A stretch of DNA of 64,000 nucleotides from an uncultured Anaerolineales bacterium. GTDB lineage: Bacteria; Chloroflexota; Anaerolineae; Anaerolineales; UBA6663. This document shows positions 12,274 through 21,498 of this stretch, piece by piece; the stretch's first letter is position 1, and each line of letters opens with the position of its first letter. The stretch covers positions 14,401-78,400 of the forward strand of contig CALFZO010000053.1 in the NCBI GenBank assembly GCA_937952305.1. The letters are read 5' to 3'. A program made the position numbers and the translations under genes. Under the pieces are notes generated by a model. That model did not search any database. It worked only from the letters and a program-made list of their open reading frames with translations, and was not told the DNA's origin.

Positions 12274-12642
12274 TCAGACCGCCCGCGGCGCGGCAAGCAC
12301 GTCGCGGATCTCGGTCAACAGATCATCGATCTGGATGGGCTTGCTCAGGCAGGTGACGCCGTGGGAGGAGGCCTGGGCCATGTAGCCGCGCCCGACATGG
12401 CCGGTGAGCCCCAGAATCGGGACGCCCGGCGTCACCTTGCGCAAGACCCGGATCAGCTGGACGCCATCCAGGCCGGGCAGCATCATGTCCAGCAGGTACA
12501 GATCGAACCGCTCGTCCACGGCCGCCACGATGGCGTCCGCGCCATTCCCCACCGCCGTCACCGAAAAACGCCGGTCGACCAGTTCGTCGCTCAGGAAGTT
12601 GCGAACGTCGACTTCGTCTTCAACCAACAGGATCTTGGGCAT
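12274..12642 (-). CDS. Single-domain response regulator (REC only)
   Basis: ORF 12274..12816 trimmed to ATG 12642 (MPKILLVEDEVDVRNFLSDELV...LYLLDMMLPGLDG...SKP). The longer N-terminus is P/R-rich and lies inside the upstream kinase gene. The start overlaps the kinase stop by 23 nt. Confidence 0.85.
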   Translation of the reverse strand: MPKILLVEDEVDVRNFLSDELVDRRFSVTAVGNGADAIVAAVDERFDLYLLDMMLPGLDGVQLIRVLRKVTPGVPILGLTGHVGRGYMAQASSHGVTCLSKPIQIDDLLTEIRDVLAAPRAV

Positions 12643-14971
12643 GGCAGGTTTCCAGGGAAGGCATGAGAGCGGGCGCCGCCAACACCGGCCCGGCCTCGCT
12701 GTAGTCGTCGAAGCGACCGGAGGCCGGCCCAGGGGGAACAGGCCCGGGCAGCTTGGGACGCGCGGTGGGGAAACGCAGGGTGAAGTTGGTGCCGTGGCCG
12801 GCATGCGAGTCCACACTGATCGTGCCGTTGTATGCGCGCACGATACCGGCCACGATCGACAAGCCCAGGCCGGTGCCCTTCCCGACCGGCTTGGTCGTAA
12901 AGAAGGGGTCGAAGATCTTGGCTCGGATGGTGTCCGGGATGCCGGTGCCGGTATCGGCCACAGTCAACACGAGCTGCGCGGCCGCCTCGTCATAACCAGT
13001 GGCGATCTTGATCTCACCACCGCTCGGCATCGCATCGCGGGCATTGGTGAGGAGATTGATGAGAATCTGGATGATCTGGTTGCGGTCACACTCCAGCGGC
13101 GGCAGGCCGGGCGCCAGGTCCGTGACGACGCTGATGTTGGACCAGCTGCGCAGCTGATGCTCGATCAGCAGCAGCGTATCCTGGACCAGGTGGTCCAGAT
13201 CGGCCGGGCCGGCCTGACCGCCCGAGACACGCGCATAGGTGTGCAGTGAGCGCACGATCTCGGCGCAGCGCCAACCGTTGCGGTGGACCACATCCAGGTT
13301 GCGGCGCAGGTTTTCCGGTGTCAGCGCGCCGTCGTCCAGGCGCCGCAGCAGGCTCTGGCTCACGCCCGTGATCACCTGCAAGGGCGAATTCATTTCATGG
13401 GCCACGCCGGCCGCCAGCGTCCCCAGGTCGGCCAGTTTCTGCGCGTTGAGCATCCAGGCCTGGGCCTGCTTCTGCTCGGTGATATCGGATTGGACCGTGA
13501 CCACCAGGCGCCGACCGGCCATCTCCACCTGGTTGACGCGGGCGGCGGCCGTGAACACCGTGCCGTCCTTGCGCCGGCAGCGCAGTTCGCCGGTCCAGCG
13601 GCTTTCGGACAGCAATTGCGCGTGCAGCTCGGCCACGCCGCCCAGGTTGGGGTGCTTGGCCGTCTCGGCGCTGAGGACGCTGATGTGCTGGCCCGCCAGT
13701 TCGCTGTGAGCGTATCCGAACATGGCATCCAGGGAGCGGTTGGTGAAGATCAGATTGCCGGCCTGGTCGGCCACACTGACACCCTCGTCCAGCCGATCCA
13801 GGATGTAGGCTTGCTGCGCCAGGGCGTCTTCAGCCTGCTTGCGCACCGAAATATCGCGGGTGACGCCGACCAGATCGCAGTCTTGGTGCTCGTTCAACAT
13901 CAAGGTCGTGCTGACCTCGGTCCAGACAGTGGTGCCGTCCCGGCGCAGCAGCAGGATCTGATCGATCCGCTGCCTGGCCGCCGGATCGCCATCCCGAAAA
14001 GCCTCCAGCCGGCCGAGCAGCCCAGTTGTCATCTCCGGCCAGGATTCAGGCGCGATGACGCCGTCCAGTGTCTGGTTCAGCATTTCCTCCGGCGTGTAGC
14101 CGAGCAGGCCGCGTACCGACGGGCTGACGAAGGAGAAGCGCATGGTCTCGGTGCTGAGCACCCAGACCACGTCGGCCGTGTTTTCGGCCAGGAGGCGGTA
14201 CTGGCGTTCGCTCTGGCGCAGGGCCGTGGCCATGGCGAGCTCGTGGGTGATGTCCCGCACGACGTGCACCAAGCCGGTCAGCCGGCCGTCGGACTGGATC
14301 GGAAACGTGGAAACCCGGAACCATCCCGGCAGGGCCGCAAACTGCACTGCCGCGATCTCCGCCTGGAAGAGGCCCTCCGGCACCGACTGATCGCCGAGCA
14401 GCAGTTTTGGCAGGCTGCGCCCCAACACATCGGCGTATTGCAGGCCCAGCCGTTCGATCACGGCCCGGTTGCAGCGCACGATCCGGCGGGCGGTATCGGT
14501 CATGATGACCATGTCGCCGACAGCGTCCAGCGCCGTCTCCCATTCCTGCTTGGCGCGGCGGATGGCATCCTCCACTTGCTTGGCCCGCAGCAGGTAGCGG
14601 ACGCGCCGGCGGACGGCGGCGTAGTTCAGCGGCTTGGTGAGGTAGTCGATGGCGCCAGCCTCGAAGGCCTGATTGATCGAGGCCTCGTTGTCCAGCGACG
14701 TGATGATGAGCAAGGGGACATGCCGGCGCTCAGCATCGGGCGCCAGGCGCTGACAGGCTTCCAGCCCATCCATGACCGGCATCATCAGATCGAGCAACAC
14801 CAAGTCCGGCTGGGCCGCGGCATAGGCGTCGAGACCCTGCTGACCATCGGAGGCCTCGGTCACCTGGTAACCGTCCTGCGTGAACACCAGGCGCAACAAG
14901 GCCCGCACGGCCGGGTCGTCGTCTACGATCAAGATTCGGGGGGCAACTGACTGCGTCAGCACGCGGGTCAC
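12620..14971 (-). CDS. Hybrid sensor histidine kinase: N-terminal REC + multiple PAS + HisKA + HATPase_c
   Basis: 783 aa. REC: RILIVDDDPAVRALL...LVLLDLMMPVMDGLEAC...TKP. PAS-like repeats: WETALDAVGDMVIMTD, YRLLAENTADVVWVL, ILDRLDEGVSVADQAGNLIFTN. H-box GTLAAGVAHEMNSPLQVI. G-boxes VADTGTGIP and GKGTGLGLSIV. The GTG start at 14971 is uncertain. Confidence 0.9.
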   Translation of the reverse strand: MTRVLTQSVAPRILIVDDDPAVRALLRLVFTQDGYQVTEASDGQQGLDAYAAAQPDLVLLDLMMPVMDGLEACQRLAPDAERRHVPLLIITSLDNEASINQAFEAGAIDYLTKPLNYAAVRRRVRYLLRAKQVEDAIRRAKQEWETALDAVGDMVIMTDTARRIVRCNRAVIERLGLQYADVLGRSLPKLLLGDQSVPEGLFQAEIAAVQFAALPGWFRVSTFPIQSDGRLTGLVHVVRDITHELAMATALRQSERQYRLLAENTADVVWVLSTETMRFSFVSPSVRGLLGYTPEEMLNQTLDGVIAPESWPEMTTGLLGRLEAFRDGDPAARQRIDQILLLRRDGTTVWTEVSTTLMLNEHQDCDLVGVTRDISVRKQAEDALAQQAYILDRLDEGVSVADQAGNLIFTNRSLDAMFGYAHSELAGQHISVLSAETAKHPNLGGVAELHAQLLSESRWTGELRCRRKDGTVFTAAARVNQVEMAGRRLVVTVQSDITEQKQAQAWMLNAQKLADLGTLAAGVAHEMNSPLQVITGVSQSLLRRLDDGALTPENLRRNLDVVHRNGWRCAEIVRSLHTYARVSGGQAGPADLDHLVQDTLLLIEHQLRSWSNISVVTDLAPGLPPLECDRNQIIQILINLLTNARDAMPSGGEIKIATGYDEAAAQLVLTVADTGTGIPDTIRAKIFDPFFTTKPVGKGTGLGLSIVAGIVRAYNGTISVDSHAGHGTNFTLRFPTARPKLPGPVPPGPASGRFDDYSEAGPVLAAPALMPSLETCHAQDPVG

Positions 14972-15084
14972 CTCTCAAGCAACTAGACACAGGCGCGCCG
15001 CACGGGCGCCCGCATTGAGCAGTGTAGGCACCCCGCCGGCGAGTGTCCGTAAAGGGCTGAAGAAAGGCGGATAAACGGGCCGTA

Positions 15085-15131
15085 AAAACAAAGCCGGCGG
15101 CCGGCACCCTTCACGGGCCCGGCCGCCGGCC
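15085..15131 (-). terminator. Rho-independent terminator after the 15155..18196 MCP gene
   Basis: On the minus strand, GCCGGCGGCCGG and CCGGCCGCCGGC form a perfect 12-bp stem (15120-15131 with 15094-15105) around a 14-nt loop, followed by TTTGTTTTT. Confidence 0.6.
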
Positions 15132-15154
15132 ATCGTCGCCAAAAATGGTCGTCG

Positions 15155-18100
15155 TCAGTTGGGCCTAATCAGGCTGAGCGGCTCAACGCGCGGCGACATG
15201 GCTTTGGGCCGCACCGGCGCCGGCGGGGCCGGGTCGGCCGGGCTGTCCGGCAGGCGGAACTGACCGACCAGGGCTTTCAGGGCAGCCGCCCGGGCGGCCA
15301 GCGTCCGGGCATTCTGGTCCACATCCTGGACCTGCGAGCTCATCTGCTCAGCGCTGGCGCTGACTTCTTCCACGGCGGCGCTGTTCTCCTCGCTGACACT
15401 GGCGATGTTCTCGATCGCCTGGGTCACCGCGGCCGATCCGGACTCCATCGTGCCGGTTGCGGCGGCATTGGCAGCGGCGGCCGCGTTCACGGCCTCAACG
15501 GCCGCCGTGAGGGCGCTGGCTGCCGTGAGCATGTCCCGCGACACCTTGACCGTGCCGCCCGCCCGACTTTGGGCCTTCTCGGCCGCCGCCAGAATCCCGG
15601 CCAGGGCTTCGCCAGCCTGGTTGACGTGCTCGGAGCCGCGGTCCACCGCCTGGACCCCCTCCGCCATGGCGTGCACGGCCTCGGCTACGGCCGCCTGGAT
15701 GCCCGCGATCAGGCCGCCGATCTCCTGCGTCGCCTGGGCCGAGCGTTCCGCCAGCTTGCGGACCTCATCCGCCACCACCGCAAAGCCGCGGCCGTGTTCG
15801 CCGGCCCGGGCCGCTTCGATCGCGGCGTTGAGGGCCAGCAGGTTGGTCTGCGACGCGATGGTCTCGATCGTTTCCACGATCGTGCCGACCTGGGCCGACC
15901 GCGCCCCCATCTCCTGCACCTTGTCCGCCGAAGCCCCGACTCTGGCCTTCAGGCTGGACATGTCGGCTATCGTCTCCTCGACGATGCGGGAGCCGCTGCG
16001 CGCCGCCTCCGCCGCCGCCAGGGTCTCGCGGGTCACCGTTTCGGCGTTGCCGGACACCTGCTGAATGGCCGCGCTGATCTCGCCGGTCGCCGCCGTGGCG
16101 CGGTGCACGGCCGTCGTCTGGGCCTGCGTGCCGCGCGCGACCGACTCGATTGCCTGCCGCATCTGGGCGACCGAGGCGGCGGTGCGCGTCACGCTGGTAG
16201 TCTGCTGCGTGGTGCCCTGGGCGACCTGCTGCATCGTGGCCGCAATCTGGCCCGTCGCCTGACCGGCCTGGCCGGCGGCTGTGGCCAACTGCCCGGCCGA
16301 CGCCTGGACGGCGGCCGCGTTGTCGGCCACCTGGCCGATCAACTGGCGCAGATTAACCACCATCTGCGCCAGCGCCTGCCCCAACCCGTCCTGTTCAGAG
16401 CGCGGCTGGATATCACGGGTGAGATCGCCGGCCGCCACGGACCGGGCCAGGGCGACGCTGGCGCGCAGGAAATTCAAGAGGTCATGGAGCGCTGCAGCCA
16501 GGGCGCCAATTTCGTCCTCCGACTCCACGACGACGTCGCGGGACACGTCGCCGCGCCGCGCCACATCCGAGATGGCCGCCACCATCGCCTCCAGCGGCCC
16601 CACGATCAGGCGCGAGACCGCCAGCGCCAGGAGGCCGGCCAACAGCGCGGCCACGGCTCCAGCCAGCGTGACGCCGGCTTCAGCCGCGTTGGCCGCCGCC
16701 AACGCTTCCGCTTCGGTCTGCGAGACCACCACCAGCCAGTGCAGGGCTTCGACGGCGGGGCGGCTGGCCGCCTCCACCCCGCGGACCGGCGCGGGGGCCA
16801 GCAGGCTCGTTTCGCCTCCGAACGGAGCCGTCAGGACCGCGCCGTCGGCAACGCTGAGGCGCTGCCACAATTCCGGCTCGGCGGGCAACAGCCCGGCGGC
16901 CGTCACGCGCTCGCCGCTGGGCAACCACAACGCCACGGCGCCGGTCTGGCCGAACCCGGCCTGCGCCAGGCTCTCCGCCATCGCGGTCACGGCATACGTC
17001 GTGCGCAGAACGCCGATGACGGCGCCGGCCTGGTCACGCACCGGCACGGCCAGATCGATCCCCATCAGCCCCGCACTGTCGTCGTACTCCGGCTGGCCGA
17101 TGAACAGGCCGCCCCGACCGGCGGCGTAGGCGGTCTGCCACCAGTCTTCGTCCGATTGCACGTAGTCCGAGGTCCGGTTGGTGGCTGCCACCACGGCGCC
17201 GAAGCGATCGGTGACGAACACCTCGCGGTTATCCGGGAAACGGGCCCGCAGCTGGCGCAGGCCGTCGGCCAGCGGGCCAGCCAGCCGGGCGGCCACCAGC
17301 GGGGCGGTGTCATCATCAGCGGCATCCGCCTGCCGCCAGGCCTGGTCCAGCTTTTCCAGATCGGGCTGGAGGCCCGCCAGGGTAGCCGCCGCCGGATAGG
17401 CGGCGTTGGCCGCCGCCAGTTGGGTCTGCAGGCCGGCATCCAGGGTGAAAGCCTGCAACTGATCCAGCGGCCGAGACAGGGCGGCACCGATCCAGTCGCT
17501 CTGCGCGTGCGCCAGGTATTGCAGGTGCTGGCTGGTATCGGCGACCAGGCGGCGGCGGGCGTTGGCCTGGGCCCCAACGCCGACGAGGCCGATGGTGAGC
17601 ACCAGCATGCCCAGGAAGACCAAGATGAACTTGGTGTTGAGCGAGAAGCGCCGGTACTGCCGGACGACCGCCACGGCCGCTAGCAGCAGCACGAGGACGA
17701 CGAAGCCATTGATATAGAGGGCGCTGTTGGGCACGCTGGGTGAGGGCCGGGCCGGGCCAATCACATCCAGCGCCGCCACCGTGCTGGCCGCCAGCACGGA
17801 AGCCAGCACCCCGGCGGCCGTCTGCGCCCGGGGCAGCAGCGTAATCGCGATCACCATCCCGATCAGGAGCATGAACGCGCCGAACTGCAGGCCAAAGCTG
17901 GCGCCGGCGCCGCTCCAGACCTCGACCGCCATCTGGACCAAGGCCACGCCCAGCAGAAGCACAGCCGCCGACGTCATCCGGCCCTGCCGGACCAGGACCA
18001 AGGCGACGAGGTCAAAGACCAGCGTGGCGATCTGGAGCGCGAGCGTCGTCGGCGCGGGCAGCTGCCCGGCGGCGCTGGCCAACGATGCGATCAGGCCCAG

Positions 18101-18196
18101 CAAGTTTAGGCCGGCCAAAGCGCCGACCAGCCAGAGGCTATTGCGCCTACGCGTGCGGACGGCGTCATCCGACTCAGAGTTCAGGGATAAGGACAT
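15155..18196 (-). CDS. Methyl-accepting chemotaxis protein with multi-TM N-terminal region, Cache-like domain, HAMP, MA
   Basis: 1013 aa starting at ATG 18196, with GAGG 8 nt upstream. Several hydrophobic helices occupy the first roughly 200 aa. Cache-like stretch [31 protein letters not shown]...[23 protein letters not shown]. Tip motif [34 protein letters not shown]. Confidence 0.9.
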   Translation of the reverse strand: MSLSLNSESDDAVRTRRRNSLWLVGALAGLNLLGLIASLASAAGQLPAPTTLALQIATLVFDLVALVLVRQGRMTSAAVLLLGVALVQMAVEVWSGAGASFGLQFGAFMLLIGMVIAITLLPRAQTAAGVLASVLAASTVAALDVIGPARPSPSVPNSALYINGFVVLVLLLAAVAVVRQYRRFSLNTKFILVFLGMLVLTIGLVGVGAQANARRRLVADTSQHLQYLAHAQSDWIGAALSRPLDQLQAFTLDAGLQTQLAAANAAYPAAATLAGLQPDLEKLDQAWRQADAADDDTAPLVAARLAGPLADGLRQLRARFPDNREVFVTDRFGAVVAATNRTSDYVQSDEDWWQTAYAAGRGGLFIGQPEYDDSAGLMGIDLAVPVRDQAGAVIGVLRTTYAVTAMAESLAQAGFGQTGAVALWLPSGERVTAAGLLPAEPELWQRLSVADGAVLTAPFGGETSLLAPAPVRGVEAASRPAVEALHWLVVVSQTEAEALAAANAAEAGVTLAGAVAALLAGLLALAVSRLIVGPLEAMVAAISDVARRGDVSRDVVVESEDEIGALAAALHDLLNFLRASVALARSVAAGDLTRDIQPRSEQDGLGQALAQMVVNLRQLIGQVADNAAAVQASAGQLATAAGQAGQATGQIAATMQQVAQGTTQQTTSVTRTAASVAQMRQAIESVARGTQAQTTAVHRATAATGEISAAIQQVSGNAETVTRETLAAAEAARSGSRIVEETIADMSSLKARVGASADKVQEMGARSAQVGTIVETIETIASQTNLLALNAAIEAARAGEHGRGFAVVADEVRKLAERSAQATQEIGGLIAGIQAAVAEAVHAMAEGVQAVDRGSEHVNQAGEALAGILAAAEKAQSRAGGTVKVSRDMLTAASALTAAVEAVNAAAAANAAATGTMESGSAAVTQAIENIASVSEENSAAVEEVSASAEQMSSQVQDVDQNARTLAARAAALKALVGQFRLPDSPADPAPPAPVRPKAMSPRVEPLSLIRPN

Positions 18197-18254
18197 CGGG
18201 TCTACCTCGTGGGCGCGTCACCCGGCTGGCTGGCCGGTAATGGCGTCACCAAGC

Positions 18255-21200
18255 TCAGGCCGCCAACACCGGTGCGGGTAACGGGACGGGCGGCGCGGCT
18301 GGAACCGGCTGGGCCTCCGCGGCCATCAGTTGAAAGTGGGCGACCGCCCCTTCCAAATCACGCGCCAGCGCCGTCAGCGCCTCGGCCGCCAGGCCCACCT
18401 GCCGCACTTGCGCGCTCATCGCCTCAGCCGAAGCCGAGGCTTCGTCCACGGCGGCGGCATTCTCCGCGCTGGCACTGGCGATACCGGCGATGGCGCGCGA
18501 GGCTTCCCGGGCGCCGGCAGCCATTTCATCCGTCGCGGTCTGGTTGGATTCGACGACAGCGCTGACTGCTTCCATGGCCCACAACAAATCGTGCGCGGCC
18601 GCGCTCATGGCCTGCGTGGACTGCCGGGCCGCTTCGGCCTGGGCATTGGCGGCTTCGGCCGCCTGCAGGATGGCGTTCAGGGATTGGCCGGCCGCCTGCG
18701 TGTGCTGGGCGCGGGCCTCCACCGCGCGGGCGCCCTCGTCCATAGCGCGCACGGCGGCCGCCACGGACAGCTGGATGGCGCGGATCAGCGCGCCGATTTC
18801 CTTGGTGGCGGCGCCCGCCCTCTCGGCCAGATGGCGCACCTCGTCGGCCACCACAGCAAAACCGGCGACGTTGAACCGGAACAGCACGGCACTGTCGGCG
18901 CGCAGCCCGACCTGCACCAGGCCGGGCTGGTCCGGGCGGGAGACGCCGACAAATTTGTACAGCTCCCGGTCCACGGTGCGGCGCTGAATACCCTGACAGA
19001 CGACGCCCTCGCGCTGGTGCAGCAACTGCCGGAAGGCGTAGGTCTGGCTCTTGGGGTCGTCCGAGAAGCGGAAGCCAGCCTTGCCAGGCTCGTTGCTGTA
19101 GACGACCACGCCGTCGCCGTCGGTGACGGTGACGACCTCCAACCCGGCCAGACGCGCCAGCCGGTCCCAGAAGGCGGGCTCACCGGTGGGCTTCGCCAGT
19201 ACCAGGACCTGCGCGATCAGCCGGGCGGCGGCGATCATGTATTTGTCCAGCAGGCGCTCCACCTGCTGAGTCGCTTGGGCGTCAACGCGGGCCGCTTCGA
19301 TGGCGGCGTTGAGCGCCAGCAGATTGGTCTGTGAGGCGATGTCGTCGATCGTCTCGACGATGGCGCCAATCTGGTCCGAGCGTTGCCCCATCTCACGCAC
19401 ACGCGCCGCTGAGTCGCCCACCTGCGCGCGCAGGGTCTCCATACCGGCGATGGTCTCCGCCACCAGCTGCGTCCCGGTGCGCGCGGCCTGGGCGACGCTG
19501 GCGGCTTCGCGCGTGACCGCGTCCGCATTGCCGGCCACCTGCTCCAGGGCCGTTTCGATTTGCCGGGCCATCGTGTTCGCGTTGCCCACGGCCTGCGTCT
19601 GGTCCTGGGAGCCGGTCACCACGCCGTCCGCGGCCCGCTGCATCTGTTCGACGGCCGCCGCTGTGCGCGTCACGGCCTGCGTCTGCTGCTGCGTGCCGTC
19701 CGCGACCTGCTGGATCGTGGCCGCGATCTGTTCTGTCGCCCGCCCGGCCGGGCCAGCGGCCGCCGCCAGTTGGTCTGAGGCGGAGCGGACGGCGCCGGCG
19801 GCCTCGCCCACCTGCCGCAGGAGGCCGCGCAGATCGACGACCATGCGCTCGAAGGCGTGGCCCAGCTCATCCTGGTCGGAGCGCGGCCGAACCTGGAGCG
19901 TCAGGTCACCGGCGGCGATCTGGTCGGCGACGCCCGTCATCTCACGCACAAAGCCGGTCATGCGCCGGAAAGCGCGGCTGAGGGCGCCGAGCTCGCCGCT
20001 GCCCAGGTCGGGCACTTCCTGGCGCAGATCGCCCACCGCGAGCGCGTCGGCGACCGCCATCATGTGCCCGAGCGGCCGCGCGATCGCGGCTGCCAAGCGC
20101 CAACTCAGCCAGGCGCCGATGGCGGCCAACAACAGGCCTGACCCGAAAAAGATCCCCAGCGTGCGCGCCTGCCCGGCTTGCAGTTCGGCGGCAAAGGCCT
20201 GGAATTCGTCCTCATAGGCGCTGACGCCGATCACCCAATCGTAAGGCGCGAAGTAGGCCAGCCGCGCGATCTTCCAGCGCGGCGCGGCCTCGCCGGCGTT
20301 CTGCCAGCGGTAGCGGGCGGTCCCAAACTCGCCCGGCGGCAAGGCCAGGGCCGTCTGCACGATCTCCTGAATCACCGGCTGGCCGTCGGCGTCGCGCATC
20401 TCCCAGATATCTTCGCCGTCCCGCTCGCCGTTGCGCGAGACAATGTAGCGGCCGCGGTCTTCGCCCTGACCGCCCAAGATGTAGACGTAGCCGGTCTGGC
20501 CGACGCGCGTCTCGTACAGGGCGTGGCGCAGGGCGGGCACGCTGTCTTGGCGGACGCCAACGTAAATCATGCCGAGGATGGCGCCGTCTGCAGCCGTCAA
20601 CGGCGCGTAGGCCGTCAGGTACCAGGCGTTGACGACGTAGGCGACGCCGTGATAGGTCTCGCCCTGGAGGATCGCGGCGACGACGGGGTTGGACGCGCCG
20701 TCCGGGTTGACGGCCGGGATATAGGTGCCGATGGCGCGCCGGCCGTCGGTCGTCGGCACGGTGGTGGCCACCCGCAGCATATCGCCGGCGGCATTCATAC
20801 GTTGGAACAGCGTGGCCGTGCCGCCCACCATCTGAGTCACCTGGTCCACCACCGGCGTCATGACCCCGGCGTCGGCGTTCTGCCCGAGCCAACGTCCGCC
20901 CACGAGCGCCTGCGGGAGCGCCACCACGGTCACGGTCTGATTTATCTGATGCACGGCTTCCCAGGAGGCCGTAGCCGTACCTAAGCCGAAGCCGCCACTC
21001 TGCGCCAGGACGTACTGGGCCACGCTCAGGTTGTGATCCACCTGTTGGCGCAAGGCCTCATCCTGGGCTTCGACCAGGCTCATCACACCCTGGGTGATGT
21101 GGTCCAGGTCGGCGGCCACCAACTTCTCGACCTCCGTCTGAGCCGCGGTCGAGAAGCTGGTCATCTGCCAGGCACCCACGCCGATCAGCACGGCCGCAGT

Positions 21201-21272
21201 GACCACGACGCCGCTGGTGCCCAACAGCCCGAGTTGGAATCGGAGAGACAGCGATCGGAGGCGCGCAAACAT
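18255..21272 (-). CDS. Methyl-accepting chemotaxis protein (double Cache-type sensor, HAMP, MA) with a domain inserted at the signalling hairpin tip
   Basis: 1005 aa starting at ATG 21272, with AGGA 9 nt upstream. Cache-like stretches: GGTATLFQRMNAAGDMLRVATTVPTTDGRRAIGTYIP...GETYHGVAYVVNAWYLTAYAPL and TGYVYILGG...APYDWVIGVSAY. The MA motif is split: [12 protein letters not shown], about 140 aa, then [17 protein letters not shown]. Confidence 0.9.
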   Translation of the reverse strand: MFARLRSLSLRFQLGLLGTSGVVVTAAVLIGVGAWQMTSFSTAAQTEVEKLVAADLDHITQGVMSLVEAQDEALRQQVDHNLSVAQYVLAQSGGFGLGTATASWEAVHQINQTVTVVALPQALVGGRWLGQNADAGVMTPVVDQVTQMVGGTATLFQRMNAAGDMLRVATTVPTTDGRRAIGTYIPAVNPDGASNPVVAAILQGETYHGVAYVVNAWYLTAYAPLTAADGAILGMIYVGVRQDSVPALRHALYETRVGQTGYVYILGGQGEDRGRYIVSRNGERDGEDIWEMRDADGQPVIQEIVQTALALPPGEFGTARYRWQNAGEAAPRWKIARLAYFAPYDWVIGVSAYEDEFQAFAAELQAGQARTLGIFFGSGLLLAAIGAWLSWRLAAAIARPLGHMMAVADALAVGDLRQEVPDLGSGELGALSRAFRRMTGFVREMTGVADQIAAGDLTLQVRPRSDQDELGHAFERMVVDLRGLLRQVGEAAGAVRSASDQLAAAAGPAGRATEQIAATIQQVADGTQQQTQAVTRTAAAVEQMQRAADGVVTGSQDQTQAVGNANTMARQIETALEQVAGNADAVTREAASVAQAARTGTQLVAETIAGMETLRAQVGDSAARVREMGQRSDQIGAIVETIDDIASQTNLLALNAAIEAARVDAQATQQVERLLDKYMIAAARLIAQVLVLAKPTGEPAFWDRLARLAGLEVVTVTDGDGVVVYSNEPGKAGFRFSDDPKSQTYAFRQLLHQREGVVCQGIQRRTVDRELYKFVGVSRPDQPGLVQVGLRADSAVLFRFNVAGFAVVADEVRHLAERAGAATKEIGALIRAIQLSVAAAVRAMDEGARAVEARAQHTQAAGQSLNAILQAAEAANAQAEAARQSTQAMSAAAHDLLWAMEAVSAVVESNQTATDEMAAGAREASRAIAGIASASAENAAAVDEASASAEAMSAQVRQVGLAAEALTALARDLEGAVAHFQLMAAEAQPVPAAPPVPLPAPVLAA
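18867..19286 (-). other. In-frame insertion of about 140 aa replacing the AGEHG U-turn of the MCP signalling domain; possible PDC/Cache/PAS-like fold
   Basis: Boundaries read from codons: CGC(R) 19289-19287, then GTT(V) 19286, through GTC(V) 18869-18867, then GCC GGT TTT GCT GTG GTG (AGFAVV). Insert sequence: VDAQATQQVERLLDKYMIAAARLIAQVLVLAKPTGEPAFWDRLARLAGLEVVTVTDGDGVVVYSNEPGKAGFRFSDDPKSQTYAFRQLLHQREGVVCQGIQRRTVDRELYKFVGVSRPDQPGLVQVGLRADSAVLFRFNV. Confidence 0.7.
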
Positions 21273-21435
21273 AGGCCTATTCCTTGGACGACCGATTCAA
21301 CACATCGGCCGGAGTCCCCGCTCCCATCCGGCCACAGCCATGCCTCAGCTCAACGTGAACTAACCCACAGGAACGCTAACGTGGGCCAGCCGGCCAGTCC
21401 ATAAAGAACAGCTAAGGCGAAGCTGAATACGGCCT

Positions 21436-21466
21436 AAAAAAAACAGCCTCACAGACGTGAGGCTGT
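21436..21466 (-). terminator. Rho-independent terminator ending the PAS-GGDEF/cheW/MCP transcription unit
   Basis: Minus strand reads ACAGCCTCAC-GTCT-GTGAGGCTGT, a perfect 10-bp stem with a 4-nt loop, followed by a T-run of 7-8. It lies about 30 nt downstream of the MCP stop at 21499. Confidence 0.75.
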
Positions 21467-21498
21467 CGCGACGAACTGGCCTAAAAGAGCGGCGTTGG

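Noticed and set aside
18867-19286. Intein as an explanation for the in-frame insert in the MCP tip.
   Set aside because: The insert starts with Val rather than Cys, Ser or Ala block-A residues. It ends ...FRFNV followed by Ala, with no His-Asn plus Cys/Ser/Thr junction. No endonuclease-like or Hint-like motifs are recognisable.
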